A stretch of 64,000 nt of DNA from Lytechinus pictus (taxonomy: Eukaryota). Below are positions 1 through 14,497 of this stretch, in pieces. Position 1 is the stretch's first letter. Each line of letters begins with the position of its first letter. Made by a program: the position numbers and the translations under genes. The stretch is taken from contig NC_087245.1 of assembly GCF_037042905.1 (NCBI RefSeq), positions 5,830,001 to 5,894,000 on the forward strand. Reading direction: 5' to 3'. The notes below the pieces were generated by a model. The model did no database searches and was not told the DNA's origin. It saw nothing but the letters and a program-made list of their open reading frames with translations.

Positions 1-2577
1 TAAGGTATACGATGAGGTGTAGCGTTAGTCCTATTGCCAAGTATTCTTGGGATAACACTTACATAAATCAGTCATCTTTGTTGAAGACAATTTTGTATCG
101 TAAAATGTAATCACTAGTTAACTCTGAAATAAACAGTATGTGCACTCCTCAATCAAAGATTGACAAAGTTAAAGTCTTTATTTGTTAATCCCATTTCTAA
201 TTTATCTCTTTTTTTAAGGGATACTCACAACTTCTCTGGCATGAATGGAGGCAAACATTTCTTTATTACCCTTTTCTGACATTTAATAAATACCATCAAC
301 GATTAATGTTCCAATGACCGTATTTGGTTGAAAATGAGACTGGCTGGAATACTCCCACAAGGAGTGAAAGATGTGCATACATTGTGTACGGGAGAGACTG
401 GAATCCGATGACCAGGGTAATTTTTTTAGCACTTGGAATAGTATGTCTTAAACGCATTATATATCACCAGATCATTATCATATTATTATCGTTATTTTCT
501 TACCAGATTCCACATCGGAAAGGACATCAAATAGAAAGAGGAAAAGGCTATTTATAAATAGCCCCTAATCCGAATCAGAAGTTTGATCTGTCCCCGTTTA
601 TTCGTTTGTCCCTCTCTCGGGGATCAGCCCTACTGGTGATCTGGGCACATTTACACTTATTTAAGTTTTGTAATGGGCAGATGGTATACAAAATAATATT
701 ATTTTATTTATCGCACTCGGAAACATTTTCATCAGTGATGCGCATACTCCAGATAATATCAACGCTTATTGCGACTCTACCTTATATGCATGTAGATCAA
801 AGATGATAAACTTAGTGATGAGTGGAACATCATTTTGTATCCAAGTGGTAAAATTACAATTTATCATGTGATTCCCTTTCAAATTCCCTTGTATGCCAGT
901 TGAGTCCAGGGCAAGTACTAAAATGGCGCCCCTATGTTATCTGACTCTTCCCCCTTTGTTTCGCCTTTGCCCATCCCCTCTCTTTAAATAAGTTTTCCTT
1001 GTTTGCACCCCCTGAAAGTGGCGACAAGACATGAACCCAATGTCCTCTCAAATCATGCTGGAATGACCCTATTGTTTCAACAATATTTTCCATCTTGGAT
1101 TGGCGATAACAAACGAGATAGCTGTACGTGTAAAATAAACAGATGATTCAAACTACAAGAGGAAAAAAATCAATTAGCCGTTCGCCTCGAGTAGACAACA
1201 TGCCCATCGATCACAATATCAAACAATAACCCTCAATAACGTGTTATGATTGGAATTTCATCTTCTTTTCTTTGTAAGTGAAATTTGTATCACTTTTACC
1301 ATATTTACCAATGGATGAAAAAAATGATGTCATTAATGTCACTAGAGTGCCTGAGGGGTCAGAGTACAGAGTGCCCAAATAATTGTTTCTGCCTTTTTGG
1401 CTGTCAGAAAGTACTTCCGGAAATGGCGGTGACCTAATATTTGTCCTCCTGATGTACTTGTCCCAAACATACACACATGCAGCCTCCCTCACCAACAAGT
1501 ATGTACACTCTTCTACTTAATATATGCAGTTGCATAATGGATAAGTGCGTTTTATAAATTGTATTACTTAAATCATTATTATACTTTATACTATTACCAT
1601 TGTTTTCTTGTTTACTATCTATATAATAATTATCGTATTAATCAGATTATTTTCTAAATCGTTATCTAAATCATTATTATTTAGTATATACTATTAATAT
1701 AATCATGTCACTTTTATCATTATTATTACTCGTATAATTTTAATGATTTTAATCATTATTATCATCATTAATATTATTATCATTACTATTAATGATAATC
1801 ATCATCATTAATATTATCATCATCATTATTATTACTTGTATCATCATCATCATTGTCATCAACATTATTGTTCTTATTTGAATTTAGTATCTTCACTGAA
1901 GTAAATGTTTTTCCCATGGCTTGCATTGTTAAAAAAAGAATTTGGCTCAAATTTGCACCAGTTGACGACGAAGGAAAGCAATAATTTTTTCATACTTCCA
2001 CCCCAATACGCCCATTATCCTGTTATATTTTATTTCTAAATCTCACACCGTTGTCAACCAGCTTCTATTCAAGAACCACTAACAACACAATCAGACATCT
2101 GCCAAACTGTGCGTATTCGTAGCCATAAAGACCGTAACCCGTATTCATTCCACAGAGAAACGTCTTCCTTGCTCTCAAAAACAATTTTATATCAAATAAA
2201 GCCTCCACATCTCTCAAACCAGTTTCCGAATACCAATAAAAGGATACCAATGAAATAACATTTACCACATCACCGGTCATAAGATCCAAAATGTATTAGG
2301 GTTTATGATATCTTTCGCACCAAGCGGATTTTTTCTTTGTTTCGAAAAGGTCAAAGAAATGCCATTTCTTATTTTCTTTTGTAAGGTTTGTGGATACCGT
2401 AAAACGCCACAGAGTATCGGCCTGCCATTAATCTATTTTTTTCTTATTGAAATACGGACTGTAATATCAATCATGAAAAATAGCATTCCTTACTCAAAGG
2501 AAGGTCGAGATAGGTGAAAAGTGAACATAATGGACGTTGTTTTCGGAACCCGAAGTGCCTACCCTGGGAAATATGCC

Positions 2578-2823
2578 GTTATTATTATCATTATCAATAA
2601 TCTTATTATCATAACTATTATTATTATTGTTATTATTATTATTATTATCATTATTACTATTTTCATTATTTTTATTTCTATTTTTATTATTACAACAACT
2701 ACCACTACTACTACTGTTTTTATTATTATTATCATTATTATTATCATTATCATTAGTATCATTATTATTATTTTTAGGAATAGTAGTAGTAGTAATAGTA
2801 GTAGAAGAAGAAGTAGAAGTAGC

Positions 2824-2891
<68 letters not shown>

Positions 2892-2944
2892 AAGAAGAAG
2901 TAGTAGTAGTAGTAGTATTAGTAGTAGTAGTAGTAGCAGTAGTG

Positions 2945-3026
<82 letters not shown>

Positions 3027-3042
3027 AAGAAGTAGTAGTATA

Positions 3043-3076
<34 letters not shown>

Positions 3077-3106
3077 AGTAGTAGTAGTAGTAATAATAAT
3101 AATTAT
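2578..3106. repeat. Compound microsatellite, (ATT/ATC)n grading into (AGT)n
   Basis: Trinucleotide runs are directly visible; they explain the poly-I/S/L/V ORFs. Confidence 0.95.
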
Positions 3107-3457
3107 ACATGAGATTTGTATAGCGCACTTTCCATCTTGATTAAATGCTCAAGGCGCTTCAGAGCAGAACAACAAAAACTATTTACATATAATACATGTC
3201 TGAACAATAAGTCAATGTCTATCAAAAAACACTTTTATACAGGTATGTTTTCAGGTTGCCCTTGAAGGTGGTCACTGAAGTCTGGGTTTTCAAACTGTGT
3301 GGAAGAGAATTCCACAGGCTAGGCCCTGCATGAGCAAAGACCCATTCTTCGCATGATTTCTTAGCAACTGGAATTTGTAAGAGATTAGATGATGAGGATC
3401 GTAAATTTCTTGAGGGTTGGTAATTATGCACCAAAGACCTATTGTAACTGGGGGAAG
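3107..3457 (-). mobile_element. 3' end of an L2/CR1-clade LINE (RT C-terminus plus 3' tail)
   Basis: ORF 3222-3434 reads YQPSRNLRSS...FAHAGPSLWNSLP...FKGNLKTYLY, the typical L2/CR1 ORF2 C-terminus. It is followed on the minus strand by AAGCGCCTTGAGCAT...GGAAAGTGCGCTATACAAAT and a (TAT)n tail. Confidence 0.85.
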
Positions 3458-3764
<307 letters not shown>

Positions 3765-5071
3765 AAAGGGTAGGTCATGAGATCTGATCTAAATGTTTTA
3801 TCGAGGATCTGCAATGATTTTCCCTGCATAAACTGAAGAGCTTTTGATTTCTAATTACTGTCTGTATATTCTCTCCCCTTTCCTTTACAGCAAAGTGAAT
3901 CAATTATCTTGTAAATCACTAGAAGAAGATGTATGCTTTCTGATTGTAATTAAAATCACAAGGATATTGAACTAGGGGAACCCTGGAGAGAGACAAATTA
4001 GCACGAGGACATGTAAAACAAGGATTCAAAGAAGATAAGAGTGAATTGACTAGTAAATCCACAAAAAACAAAGAAATGACAAAAAAAAGACAAGTGCACC
4101 ATTGCAGAAAATGGAAGTAATACTTCCTATGAAATTTGAGGCATGTTAATGATCATACATAACCTTGTCTTGCATGCTGGTGTGTGATGGATTGAGTTAA
4201 TTCCTAACTCTCACACCTATTCTCTCCATAACGCACTGATGAATTCGTCTATATGCATGAACGCCTAACAATCAAGTGTCTGCAAAAATTCGCTTTTCCG
4301 CTATCCATCATCTTGGCAAATTTTAGTAGGATAATGAAATACGTATTAAATTTTAGCTTTCGCAGTCATAAATCATAATCCAAAACATTCATACAATTAC
4401 GAATGATTTTACTTGGCTATTTCATGAAATATAAATCTACTCGTGTTATATGTCAAAACTGATTAAACTGATTCCATGAATATTGTTTTTAATCTTGACT
4501 CCATGTACATGAAATCTACTTTCTGTATCAGGCGTACATTTAGGATATTTCTAATGGGGGGGGGGGGGATATTTTGTATTTAAAAATTTGACAAGAAAAA
4601 AAAAAAATCAAAAAAGAAAAAGGGTCGTTTGGTTTCGAGAAAACACTGAGACATGCAGAAAATGAAAACGAAATAAAAGGTCGTGATTTCACTCCCAAAT
4701 GAGGGCATGTTGGGTTCTTCTCCCCTCTCCCTCTCTTTCTTTGTGTTGCAGTTTTTACAGGGTCCACTGCACCCCCCCCCCGAACTTTTCTCGTTTGTTT
4801 ATAACATGTGTATCATATCTACTCTCTAAAGTCATTTCAAACACATAGATTATCGATATCGAGGCCTATACCCTGGATATATATATTATTTTAATTCTTA
4901 TCTTTGTGTATCAAAGTCCCTGAAGAACACCCGTTAAAAGGTCAAAAGCTTGGTAATAAAGGAGAGTGAACTTATTTGCTACGTCTCTCCCGCGGAATCA
5001 CCCTCTTTTACCTTTACTTTTATATAATAAATGTGAATAAAAACATATTTGCATATCACATGCACGTAACG

Positions 5072-5317
5072 CACACTCATACAAAACCCCCTTTTTACGT
5101 AGCGTTTATGATTTGTGCAACGTTTCAAGCAAATTATTCTGTTATTTGCAAAAAACCCCGATTCTAAAAAAAATGTAAATATCAGGTTGGTTATTATAAT
5201 GAACCTACCAACTGTTGGTATAAAGACATTTGCATATAAAACGAATTGATATTAGTTAACCAACATGTTCATACGCTAACTAACCCGGTAGGTTGGTTAT
5301 TAAAATTTCTGAGTGTG
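5072..5317. mobile_element. Possible small degraded MITE
   Basis: Termini CACACTCA...TGAGTGTG are inverted; internal GGTTGGTTATT motif is repeated. Confidence 0.35.
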
Positions 5318-6569
5318 TTATTGTCATGATAATACGTTGAATAATATTCAGAGCAATGTTAAGCGATGCATTTTGATATATTTTTATTGTTTTTACATTT
5401 ATGAACATATCAGAGAAACTAAAAGTATTACATTACTTGAGGAGCACAATGTGGAAGCGAGCCAACGTTTTATTCGAACGACCTTCCACTTGTCTGACAA
5501 GATGTCATCATGAAACAGGCTAGCATACACAACCCAATGAGTCATTTATAGCCAAGCTTGGCCCGTCATTCGTCATGAAATCTCTACATTTCTTCATCGC
5601 AATAATCTTTAATTACATAACGGACATTTAATGGACGATTTCATTTCATATATGCAACTAACAAAATCACATGAAGAGTTTGCCATTGGTGGATCCAGGG
5701 GCTGGTGCACTCCATGGATGATCATACAACGTAGTGACAATAGAAGAGAATACACCGCTTCCATCATCGCATCAACATGGTCAGAAAATCATACCAAGTC
5801 AACTGAATATGGAGTTTGTTTTACAAATATTTGACCCAATTTAGGCCGTCGACATATCTAAAATTACAATTCATTACAATAATTCATTTTGACAGGCATC
5901 ATTAGAAATAATCTAAACAATATTATGCCTAATATTTCACCTTGGGGCACACTAGCATGGTTTGTAACATAGGCCTGCTTCGACATTCTTCATGCAGCCT
6001 ACGATTTTCTGAACATTAATGATAAATCTAATCATTTTCAGCAGGTGTGATGTCATGTAAAGTTTATGTCTAGGTCGGACAATATTAATCATGGTTCATT
6101 CAACAAAAAGACTGAACCCGATGACTAGAAAAGAAATCTATCTGTAAAGCACCTAGGTACTGTGTTCCAAATTATAAAGTAATATATTACAGCGGAGTGT
6201 TACCATTATTTGGGCCGAATAGCTGCAAATAATAATACAGTAGTACATTTCATTTGTTTGAATTTAGATTTGTTCACATCTCTTTATTTTCATCTTTATG
6301 TTTTCCCGATTCTCAATCATTCTACACAATATAATAATTACATCAAGTAATTAATGCATGTTGATCATTGTGGTTTTTTTTTCTCTATCTTCCGTTTTAT
6401 GGATGCCGGGCTGTGCATTCAGAGAAGTTTTCAATAATAATTTTATGATAAAGTATTTTTGCGATTCAACTCGTAAAATTATGTAGGCCGAAGTTCGAAA
6501 ATAATCTTTGGTTGAGACTTGATGAAACTATGGAGAGGTGTAGCTTCCCTTCATCTGTTAATATCTATA

Positions 6570-7670
6570 ACCCGTTTATTTGCCTGCGGACGTCATGCGG
6601 TGGCTTTATTTACGAATAATCGTACGCTTTAGGGGGCTATTATGGCTTGATCGCAACTCGTAGTGCACCTCGCCCGTACGTGTGATCTGCATCGAAATTT
6701 GGTTAAAACTCTTGTATCGAACACACTGATCCAGTTTCATAAAATAAATGAAGCAGTAATAGCAGTACGGCGGACACGCAGGGTAGCTTGACTCCATCCC
6801 GTCGTCCGTCGTGCACCTCCGTACTGATCTGCGACGATTTTTTTTTAGAAAATCCTTGCGGCGCACGCAACAGGTCGGAACTTTTTCATAAATACCTAGT
6901 TTCAACTCTCACGATTTGCGCCACGATTCAAACGGCGTACTTTATCGTAGAGTAATCGTAGTGATCTTATCAGATTGAATTGATCGTAAACAAAATTGAA
7001 TGGTTCAAAAAATTCCGCGATCTGTTACAAAAGCCAATTGTGGCTTTCCTGAGGATCGCAAGACAGTGTGAACGCAATGTAAAGCAGGCAGGAGCATGAA
7101 GAACATGCAAGGTGTCTTTTTTGACATGTCCAAAAGCGCTGCGTTTTGCTTCGTGTTCTTAATGCAAGTGATGCGCACGGCCATCGTACCTCCCGCACGT
7201 ACGTCTTACGTCGAACGCACAAGCACAGTTTAATATTGAGAAGGTAACTTTAGTTTCTTGGCCTTAATTGAGCGGTGGCATGTAACAAGTCGTACGTTGA
7301 TTGTACCTTGTAGGTGCGGCGATTCACGTTCGGCTCACGATGACAAGGACCTTGCTATTAATGGTGGCATAGACCCAAGAGAAGGCGCAGACAGTTGTAC
7401 GGCTTGATGTGACCACGAACAATAGACGTACGGCATGGATCACATAGATTTTCTCAGTGTAAAGAGACGGGTTGTGACCTTGTTACGGTCTACGACATAA
7501 TATCACCATATACGAGCAAAGTACAGTTTCTTTACTTACGTCGTGCGGGAGGGGGGGGGGGGTAAGCCGACAGATTCCGTGTGGTTATCGTACGGGAATC
7601 GTGCAATCAGCTTGCGGATTCGTCAGCCGCTATCCATAGAGACATCTAAAAGATAAATGTTAAGCGGACC
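6570..7670. mobile_element. Degraded CpG-rich non-autonomous DNA element (Harbinger-like composition)
   Basis: CGTA/TACG-rich block with internal palindromes (TTTTGACATGTCCAAAAG; AATTGAATGGTTCAAAAAATT) like those in 29945-30930. Termini are not resolved. Confidence 0.4.
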
Positions 7671-8259
7671 TATCGATGATATTTTAATAATTATTATTCT
7701 TTTAATCTCTTTTAGATTTTTTTAAAGGGTGGACTGTGCACCGCAAGGCAGTCCTGGCTACTTCGCGCGATATCATAATAGTAGACTGCGATAACAGGTG
7801 CGATTTATAGTTCCGTCCATGCAGTTAAACTTTCATAATTCCCCCACCCCCACAATCCTCAGCACGGGGGAAATAAGACATAAAGAGGTCACGGCCAACA
7901 TTCTTCTATAAACAAACACAACCCTAGTTGCTTCCAACGAAACTGAAGAACATGATGCACTCACATCTCATCTTGAATGTAAGCCTACCATGTATGGGCA
8001 TGTAAACCAATGTATTAAACATGTCTACAGGTTCTTAAATGTTGTTACATACGTGTAAAGATCAATCTAGTCCATCGTATTTAACAATTAATAAGAAATA
8101 CCATAGATAGCACTGATTATAAACTTGTCAAAATTGACTTATTTTTCGCAGAATATGCTTCAAAAGTAATATTTATACAACGAAAACTGAGAGTCCAGTC
8201 CAACATTGTTCTACACTATACAGTCTAATTATGTCCAAGGAAAATGAACATTAGGTTAA

Positions 8260-8861
8260 AGGTCAAGTCCACCTCAGAAAAATGTTGATTTGAATCAATA
8301 GAGAAAATCAGACAAGCATAATGCTGAAAATTTCATCAAAATCGGATGTAAAATAAGAAAGTTATGACATTTTGAAGTTTCGCTTATTTTTCACAAAATA
8401 GTTATATGCACAATTTAGTCACATGCAAATGAGAAAATTGATGATGTCCCTCACTCACTATTTATTTTGACTTTTATTGTTTGAATTATACAATATTTCA
8501 TTTTTTACAGATTTGACAATAAGGACCAACTTGACTGAATCATATAATATTAAACAATGCTAATTCCACATGTTTAGGGAGGAATTAATCGTTGTTTTAC
8601 TTAACAATGAGGAGAAAATTAGAATATTTCATTTTTCATATAATAAGATACAAAAGAAATAGTGAGTGGATGACGTCATCAGTCTCCTCATTGGCATACC
8701 GAACAGGATGTGCATATAACTGTTTTGTGAAATTAAGCGAAACTTTAAAATGTCATAACTTTCCTATTTTAAATCCGATTTTGATGAAATTTTCAGTGTT
8801 ATGCTTGTTGGATTTTTATCTTTTTATTCAAATAAGATTTTTGTTTGGATGGACTTATCCT
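8260..8861. mobile_element. MITE with long TIRs and TTAA TSD (Kolobok-like)
   Basis: TTAA|AGGTCAAGTCCA...TGGACTTATCCT|TTAA; about 150 bp of imperfect inverted arms (TTTCATCAAAATCGGAT / ATCCGATTTTGATGAAA). A short related fragment lies at ~20560-20605. Confidence 0.85.
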
Positions 8862-11478
8862 TTAAAAACATGAAATAGCCCCCGCTCCCCTTCCTGCTCC
8901 ACCCTAAAACTATATCAATTGAATGAACGCAAAACAGCGGAAGATCCGATATTTCAAATGCGGGTGTACCTCAGAGCGCCCTAAGAAACTGATTAATAAT
9001 TATTTTCCATGAAAATCTGGCCAGCAGAATGAGGGGATCAATTCCAAAATGGGTCGACATTTTCTTCAGCGACATTCTAAGAGATAATCGCGGTTCCAGG
9101 GGCAAGGGCCAGCATATTTTTTGTTTTTCTTTTTCTTTTGTACAACGAAAACATTCGCGGGCCTGTCAGCCCCATCCATTGGACCCACCACTGGCACAAA
9201 ACAGCAGTATTCTAAGTGCAGACTGAACATAATCCTCCAAAGGATAGAACAATTCCCAGTTTAGATGCAAAATCTTCAAAGTAAAATTTTATGTTAGTTT
9301 AATCATTTAAAAGAGGTAAAATGCCCCTGATCTACAAAATAATCTAAGTTTTATTCAGACAAACAGCAACAGTGACAGACAAAGGACCTAACATTAAAGA
9401 AATGCTTTTGGAGAGATGCAACACTAATACATATAGAAAGTAAATTGTTAGGTATGATTTTCGATTAGAATCGTTGGAAGTGTCAAACAAGCCTCGGGCA
9501 GAGTCTATTCTGATCTTAAACCAAACTCAGCATATCATCAGTTATCATTATTTCTCGCTGCTGTCTTTCTACATAGATCTAATATTGTGGAATATTCAGT
9601 TTCTAAGAGTCATCCGTCTTTGACACACCTGTGTTATCAAAGGCGGATTTGATTTCGTTATAGGGCTTCCCGAACAAGGCTTCTGGTGTTATTAAGGTCA
9701 TGGAAGACTGTTATTTATCCGCTATTCTATCACTACTACCAGGTTAAACCAATTATTCTGTAGCCAGAATATCATCGATGCAGTACACACGAAATTTACT
9801 AAGGGCGGTGGCCGAAATATGTGAAGAATATGGATTTCTGCAAAAAAATAAAATGAATCGATTAATCTGGCAATCGGCTACTTAAGTTTTGTGTTTCTCA
9901 GGAGAAGTTTCAACTTATAAAAAGGTCTAGGTTATCGGAATTTCTAGTGGGAGACCCAGACCCTGCTACACAAAACGGGTTCGCAATGGAGCTCCCCTGC
10001 CATCCTGGCCCTTATAAGAAAATATACGGTAAAGTCTACCTTATACTACATTGGCCATGGCCTTTAAATCGGGACGGCCAGACTTCACCAATGACAAAAA
10101 CATGAATAATATTCACAAATCATTGAAAATGACATTTCCCTTTCGCTAACTGCACAAGGGAAAGATAATAACTGTTAAGATGTTTGTCTTGGGGGTGTTT
10201 AACATTAACTATATTTCTCTATACGGTAAACACGAAGGGAAGCATATTATAAACTATTCCATCGCACATTTTAATTAAGCCACTGTGTCCTGTTTACTGC
10301 TATGACAGCACACTGTTTGATTCAAAGACGAAGGTTTTTTTTCTCACTCGTCAGTATTTTATCATGGCATGGACGTTAATCATTGAGAGACAGGGGTCAT
10401 GCCCCATGCCCCCAACAAATTTGGGGTTGGACTATATCTTATAAAATGTCCCCCATGTTTTATCAAAATAGTAAAGGAAAAATGAAAGGAAAGAATTTAT
10501 AAATTCAACGACAATATCAAAGTGCTGGGAACGATCCGTTTTAATTTCGAACTTATCAAAAGATTTAATCTAAAAAAGTATGCTCATGTTTTAAGTTTGT
10601 ATGATTATAAAATACCTAATCTTGTGAAATGTCTTTAGGACTACCATATAGCTTTTAGTTCTTCGAGCTGCAGTCAGTCGATGGCAATATTGTTGGAAGT
10701 TCTCCCACGCGATCCCCTCCCCCAATAAAATATGGTACATCTGCCCCTATAGGAAATAAATGAACCAGTTATGAAGCATGATTACAGAGAAGAGGTATAT
10801 CTTTAGGATTTACTTTTAAAGAAACTGAAAAAGGTATTAACCATCACCCCTCCCTTGCTTGCGTTTAGATCGACGCGTTATGCATCATGGTCGTCAAATA
10901 TAATGACGTATGGGATTGTTTGATAGTCAAACTACAAATGAACTGTTCTATATAAACACTTTAATCCCAAAACCAAAAAAAATACGAAAAGTGTATTCTT
11001 TTAACTTAATTGTAATCATAATAGTACTTCAGGTCATCGTATAGCTAAGAGATTAATGTATTCCTTACAGCCAGCAGAGTTGCATACGCCAGTACGCAGT
11101 CAATGCCAAACGGCTATCCAGGACCCAGTGTTTTAGTGCGCTAACATGAAGTATCTGTAATTTGGCTTAAGTGCTTCCCGTGTGCTCTTAGCTCAAAATC
11201 CCTCATCCCATTTGCAAACCATGAAACATAAACACTCTTTCTTTATTAAAATATGGTCTATTCCTGACATTAGCAATCAACCGTGATTATTCATCATAAA
11301 AAAGAATCCCTGCCGCAGATAGACAGGACTTGAAGGGAGAGAATCGAGTGTCGAAGAATTAGTTATCCCTGCATTTACGTTTTCTTATACATGGGATGAT
11401 TACCCAGCTGATTATTTGGCATTTAAATCAAAGAGAATAAAATTTTAGATGTGAAAATATTTTGACGATTTTTAATCT

Positions 11479-11712
11479 ACACTTTAAATGTCAAGGATTT
11501 GAAATAAATCCAGATCGGCTGTGAATAGTGACCAGTCGAATTTTGAATTTATTTTAAATCTTAAGGATTAACTTTTAAACGTCATAAGATTAAAATTTAA
11601 ATCTTTTAGATTTATATTCAAATCCACAAGGTTTAAATCTTAATCTAATATTCGGCTGGTCACTAGTCACAGCCGATCTGGATTAATTTTAAATCCTTGA
11701 CATTTAGAGTGT
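11479..11712. mobile_element. Small palindromic MITE
   Basis: ACACTTTAAATGTCAAGGATTT...CCAGATCGGCTGTGA versus TCACAGCCGATCTGG...AAATCCTTGACATTTAGAGTGT; inverted arms over 60 bp. Confidence 0.85.
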
Positions 11713-11714
11713 TC

Positions 11715-13382
11715 AGGCCTGGTCACACCGCCCGAGCGTTGTTGGAGCGGTCGTGGAGCGGTAGGGAGAGAGGGTCGAATTTCGACAACGCTCGTCACCG
11801 CTCACAAAATTGGGGAAAAGAAGTCGAAAACATGGGCGTTGCCTTAGCGGTGCACCGCTGAAGCCAGCGTAGCTCTAGCGTTGGTTTAACGGTGGTGAGC
11901 GGTCGCGAGCGTTGGTTTAGCGGTGACTCGAGCGTTGATAGAGCGGAGTTTTGAGCATGCGGGCGTCGCACAGTGGGCCAGAATGAGTTGAAAGTGCGCC
12001 AAAATTATTTTCCGTGTTATATTTTTACTTTTACATGTAGATTAAGGGTAATTTTGGGCGTAGAATCGACTGAACATAATTTAAAGCCCATATGACGTCA
12101 CTTTGATACCAAATTTTGATTGGCTGCTTAAAACCTATCTGTGAAAAGAAAAATTACGCTAAACAATGTGAAGTATATAAACTTTGTGTTATATGTGTTA
12201 CTTTAAGATTGATCAGAGTGAATGTTGGTTTATGCTTCTCACATGCCTAAAAAGTGTGTATGAGATCCTGAAAATAATTTTATGGCATCAAAATGATCAT
12301 TAGATTTAAAACATACTTTAAAATCTGAAAAATATTAACCGTGCTTTATCAAGCTGTGTAGACTTGGTTAAAACGCAGAGTATATAACACAACGAATGTT
12401 TTTACTATGATGAGGGTTTTTTGCTGAAATTATTCTACAAGTAACTTTTATCTCTGAAAGAGGGCTGGGTAGCACTTATATGCGTTATCAACCTTCATTT
12501 TGTTTACATTATGCCCGGAATTTCATGGAATGGAAGGAGAATCGTCCCCGCCGTGCAAAATTGCAAAAATGAACGGCAATGTACACCCCACACGGTGCAC
12601 TGCGATGACTGCACGGTATAAAATGACCGTTTTTTAACATTTTTTTGGGGTGATGTCTCAAGTAAAATCGGCTCTAACATAAAAACGGGCAGCTAAATTT
12701 GGTATCGACTTAAAGCTTAGACACCGGGCGAAATGATGATGATAAAATTTAAACGGAAATCTACGGAAATCAAAACGTGTCCCATGTAAATGCAAAAAAC
12801 ATGGATTATCAGCCCATTTCGATTCCAAATGAGCTCCTTATTCATTCCTCCCCGTATTTATAGCCAAATTCTGGTACCGCTCCGACACCTCCATACCAAC
12901 GCTAAACCAAGATTCATCACCGCAATGGATCGCTACTTTAACGCCCAGCACAGTTCCAGCAATCCCGTGTCCGCTCGGAAAACGCTTACAACCGCTCCAC
13001 CAAAGTTTGTGAACCGTTTAATCACCGGCCGGGCAACGCTGGCGAAGCAGCGGTTGTCCAGCGTTCAAGATTTCTGCGTTGGCCTAGCGAACCCAAGCGT
13101 TCACGAACTTTCCGATTCGTCTTGCGGTGCCAAACTTTGACTGGGCGTTGTTAGAGCGGTAGTCAACTTTGCTGAAGCGAAAAATTGCCCGCTCCTCACC
13201 GCTCGCAATATTTTGAGCAGCTCAAAACTTTCGGAGCGGTAGGAGGGACCATCAGCGGTGGCCGAGCGTATTCGGCATTGCCAACTTTTGTTAAACGGTG
13301 GTGAACGGTAGCGAGCGGTGATGATTTTTTTCTCTCCGCTCAACGACCGCTCCAACAACGCTCGGGCGGTGTGACCAGGCCT
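11715..13382. mobile_element. Harbinger-like non-autonomous element (GAGCGGT-rich) carrying a nested insertion
   Basis: Near-perfect TIR AGGCCTGGTCACACCGCCCGAGCGTTGTTGGAGCGGTCGT and its reverse complement at ~13343-13382; flanks TTC/TTA. Confidence 0.85.
11969..12865 (+). mobile_element. Probable Transib-type non-autonomous element, left end only
   Basis: Begins CACAGTG immediately after CGTCG (a CGNCG target). AT-rich body interrupts the GC-rich host. No right TIR found; right boundary approximate. Confidence 0.55.
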
Positions 13383-13479
13383 TTAGAAGAACATACAGCG
13401 GAACTTAAATCAACGGCATATGGCATAAATGTGGTAACCCTGACTTGCGTGTTTAACCAAAATTGCACGCACTTTATAA

Positions 13480-13757
13480 AGGCCTGGTCCCACTGGCCGA
13501 CGGACACAAAACATATTCATATCGGATACAGCGGACAAGCAAAATTTTGGGAAGGCTCCATCCGTTTTCATCCGCTCCTTACAATGGACAATTGCCGAAC
13601 AATGAAATCACAGTGGACGGATGCTCGATGGATGTAGAGCGTACGAAACACGTATGCAAAGAGTACACAACGGATACATAACGTTTTCCAAAGGATGGCA
13701 AGATTCTTTTCCGTTTTACATCCTCTCTGCATCTGTAAGTGCAGTGGGACCAAGCCT
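13480..13757. mobile_element. Harbinger/Tourist-like MITE, copy 1
   Basis: TAA|AGGCCTGGTCCCACTG...CAGTGGGACCAAGCCT|TTA; same terminal motif as the 11715 element. Confidence 0.85.
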
Positions 13758-13920
13758 TTATAAGATTCCGAGAAAGTAAAGACCTTGTCACCTTTGAAAC
13801 AAACTTCTAATTGACGATGAATTTATTTTATATCTATTGCAATGTTTCGTTTTGGAAAATTGAATTTAAATAAAAATGAAAAGCAATTTCTGGAACAATT
13901 AACCAACTATACATAATATA

Positions 13921-14497
13921 CCCGTGTGAGTCAAGAAAAACGTGACACCTCACAAATCTCCAATTTAAGAAAAAATAAATGTCATGAACACATGATTATT
14001 ATATATGGCCTGAAAGACTATGTTCTCCCAAATAATTTGATATCATATTTATGTGGTATACTGGTATGTCCCAAGGCTTGGATGATCTGGAGGTATCCTT
14101 TGCAGTGACGTAAAATTTGAATTGCGCCAAAGTAAGGAATGACTGCAATGAATGAATCCAGATGTCAATGATGTCATAATCCTACAAGGGTTGCATTAAA
14201 ATACTAGTAATGTATACTATAATTGTTTAATAAACACTTCTTTGTATCCATTATCAAACGAATTTCATAAAAAAAAAGAATTTGCAAATAACCCATGTAG
14301 GATTATGACATCATTGGCGCCTGGGGTTCATTCATTGCATGCAGTCATGCCTTACTTTGGCGCAAATCAACATTTTACATCATTATTTGTGAGAAGATAC
14401 TCTTTCCAGTCATATATAATGATCATGCGTTCATAACATTTTTTTTCTTCTAAAATTAGGGATTTTTGAGGTGTCAATTTTTTTTTACTCACATGGT
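13921..14497. mobile_element. MITE with TA flanks (Tc1/mariner-like), CCGTGTGAGTC termini
   Basis: TA|CCCGTGTGAGTCAAGAAAAACGTGACACCTCACAAATC versus GATTTTTGAGGTGTCAATTTTTTTTTACTCACATGG|TA; long imperfect arms. Confidence 0.8.

Noticed and set aside
9300..10090. Possible very old RTE-type LINE fragment
   Set aside because: Only faint motif echoes; no continuous frame can be reconstructed by eye.
12590..12680. CACGGTG and AAAATCGGCTCTA as a second Transib end
   Set aside because: Same orientation as the left end, the two motifs are not contiguous, and there is no CGTCG duplication.
12790..13358. ORFs in the GC-rich element as a possible transposase
   Set aside because: No DDE or Myb-like motifs; stop-poor repetitive MITE sequence.
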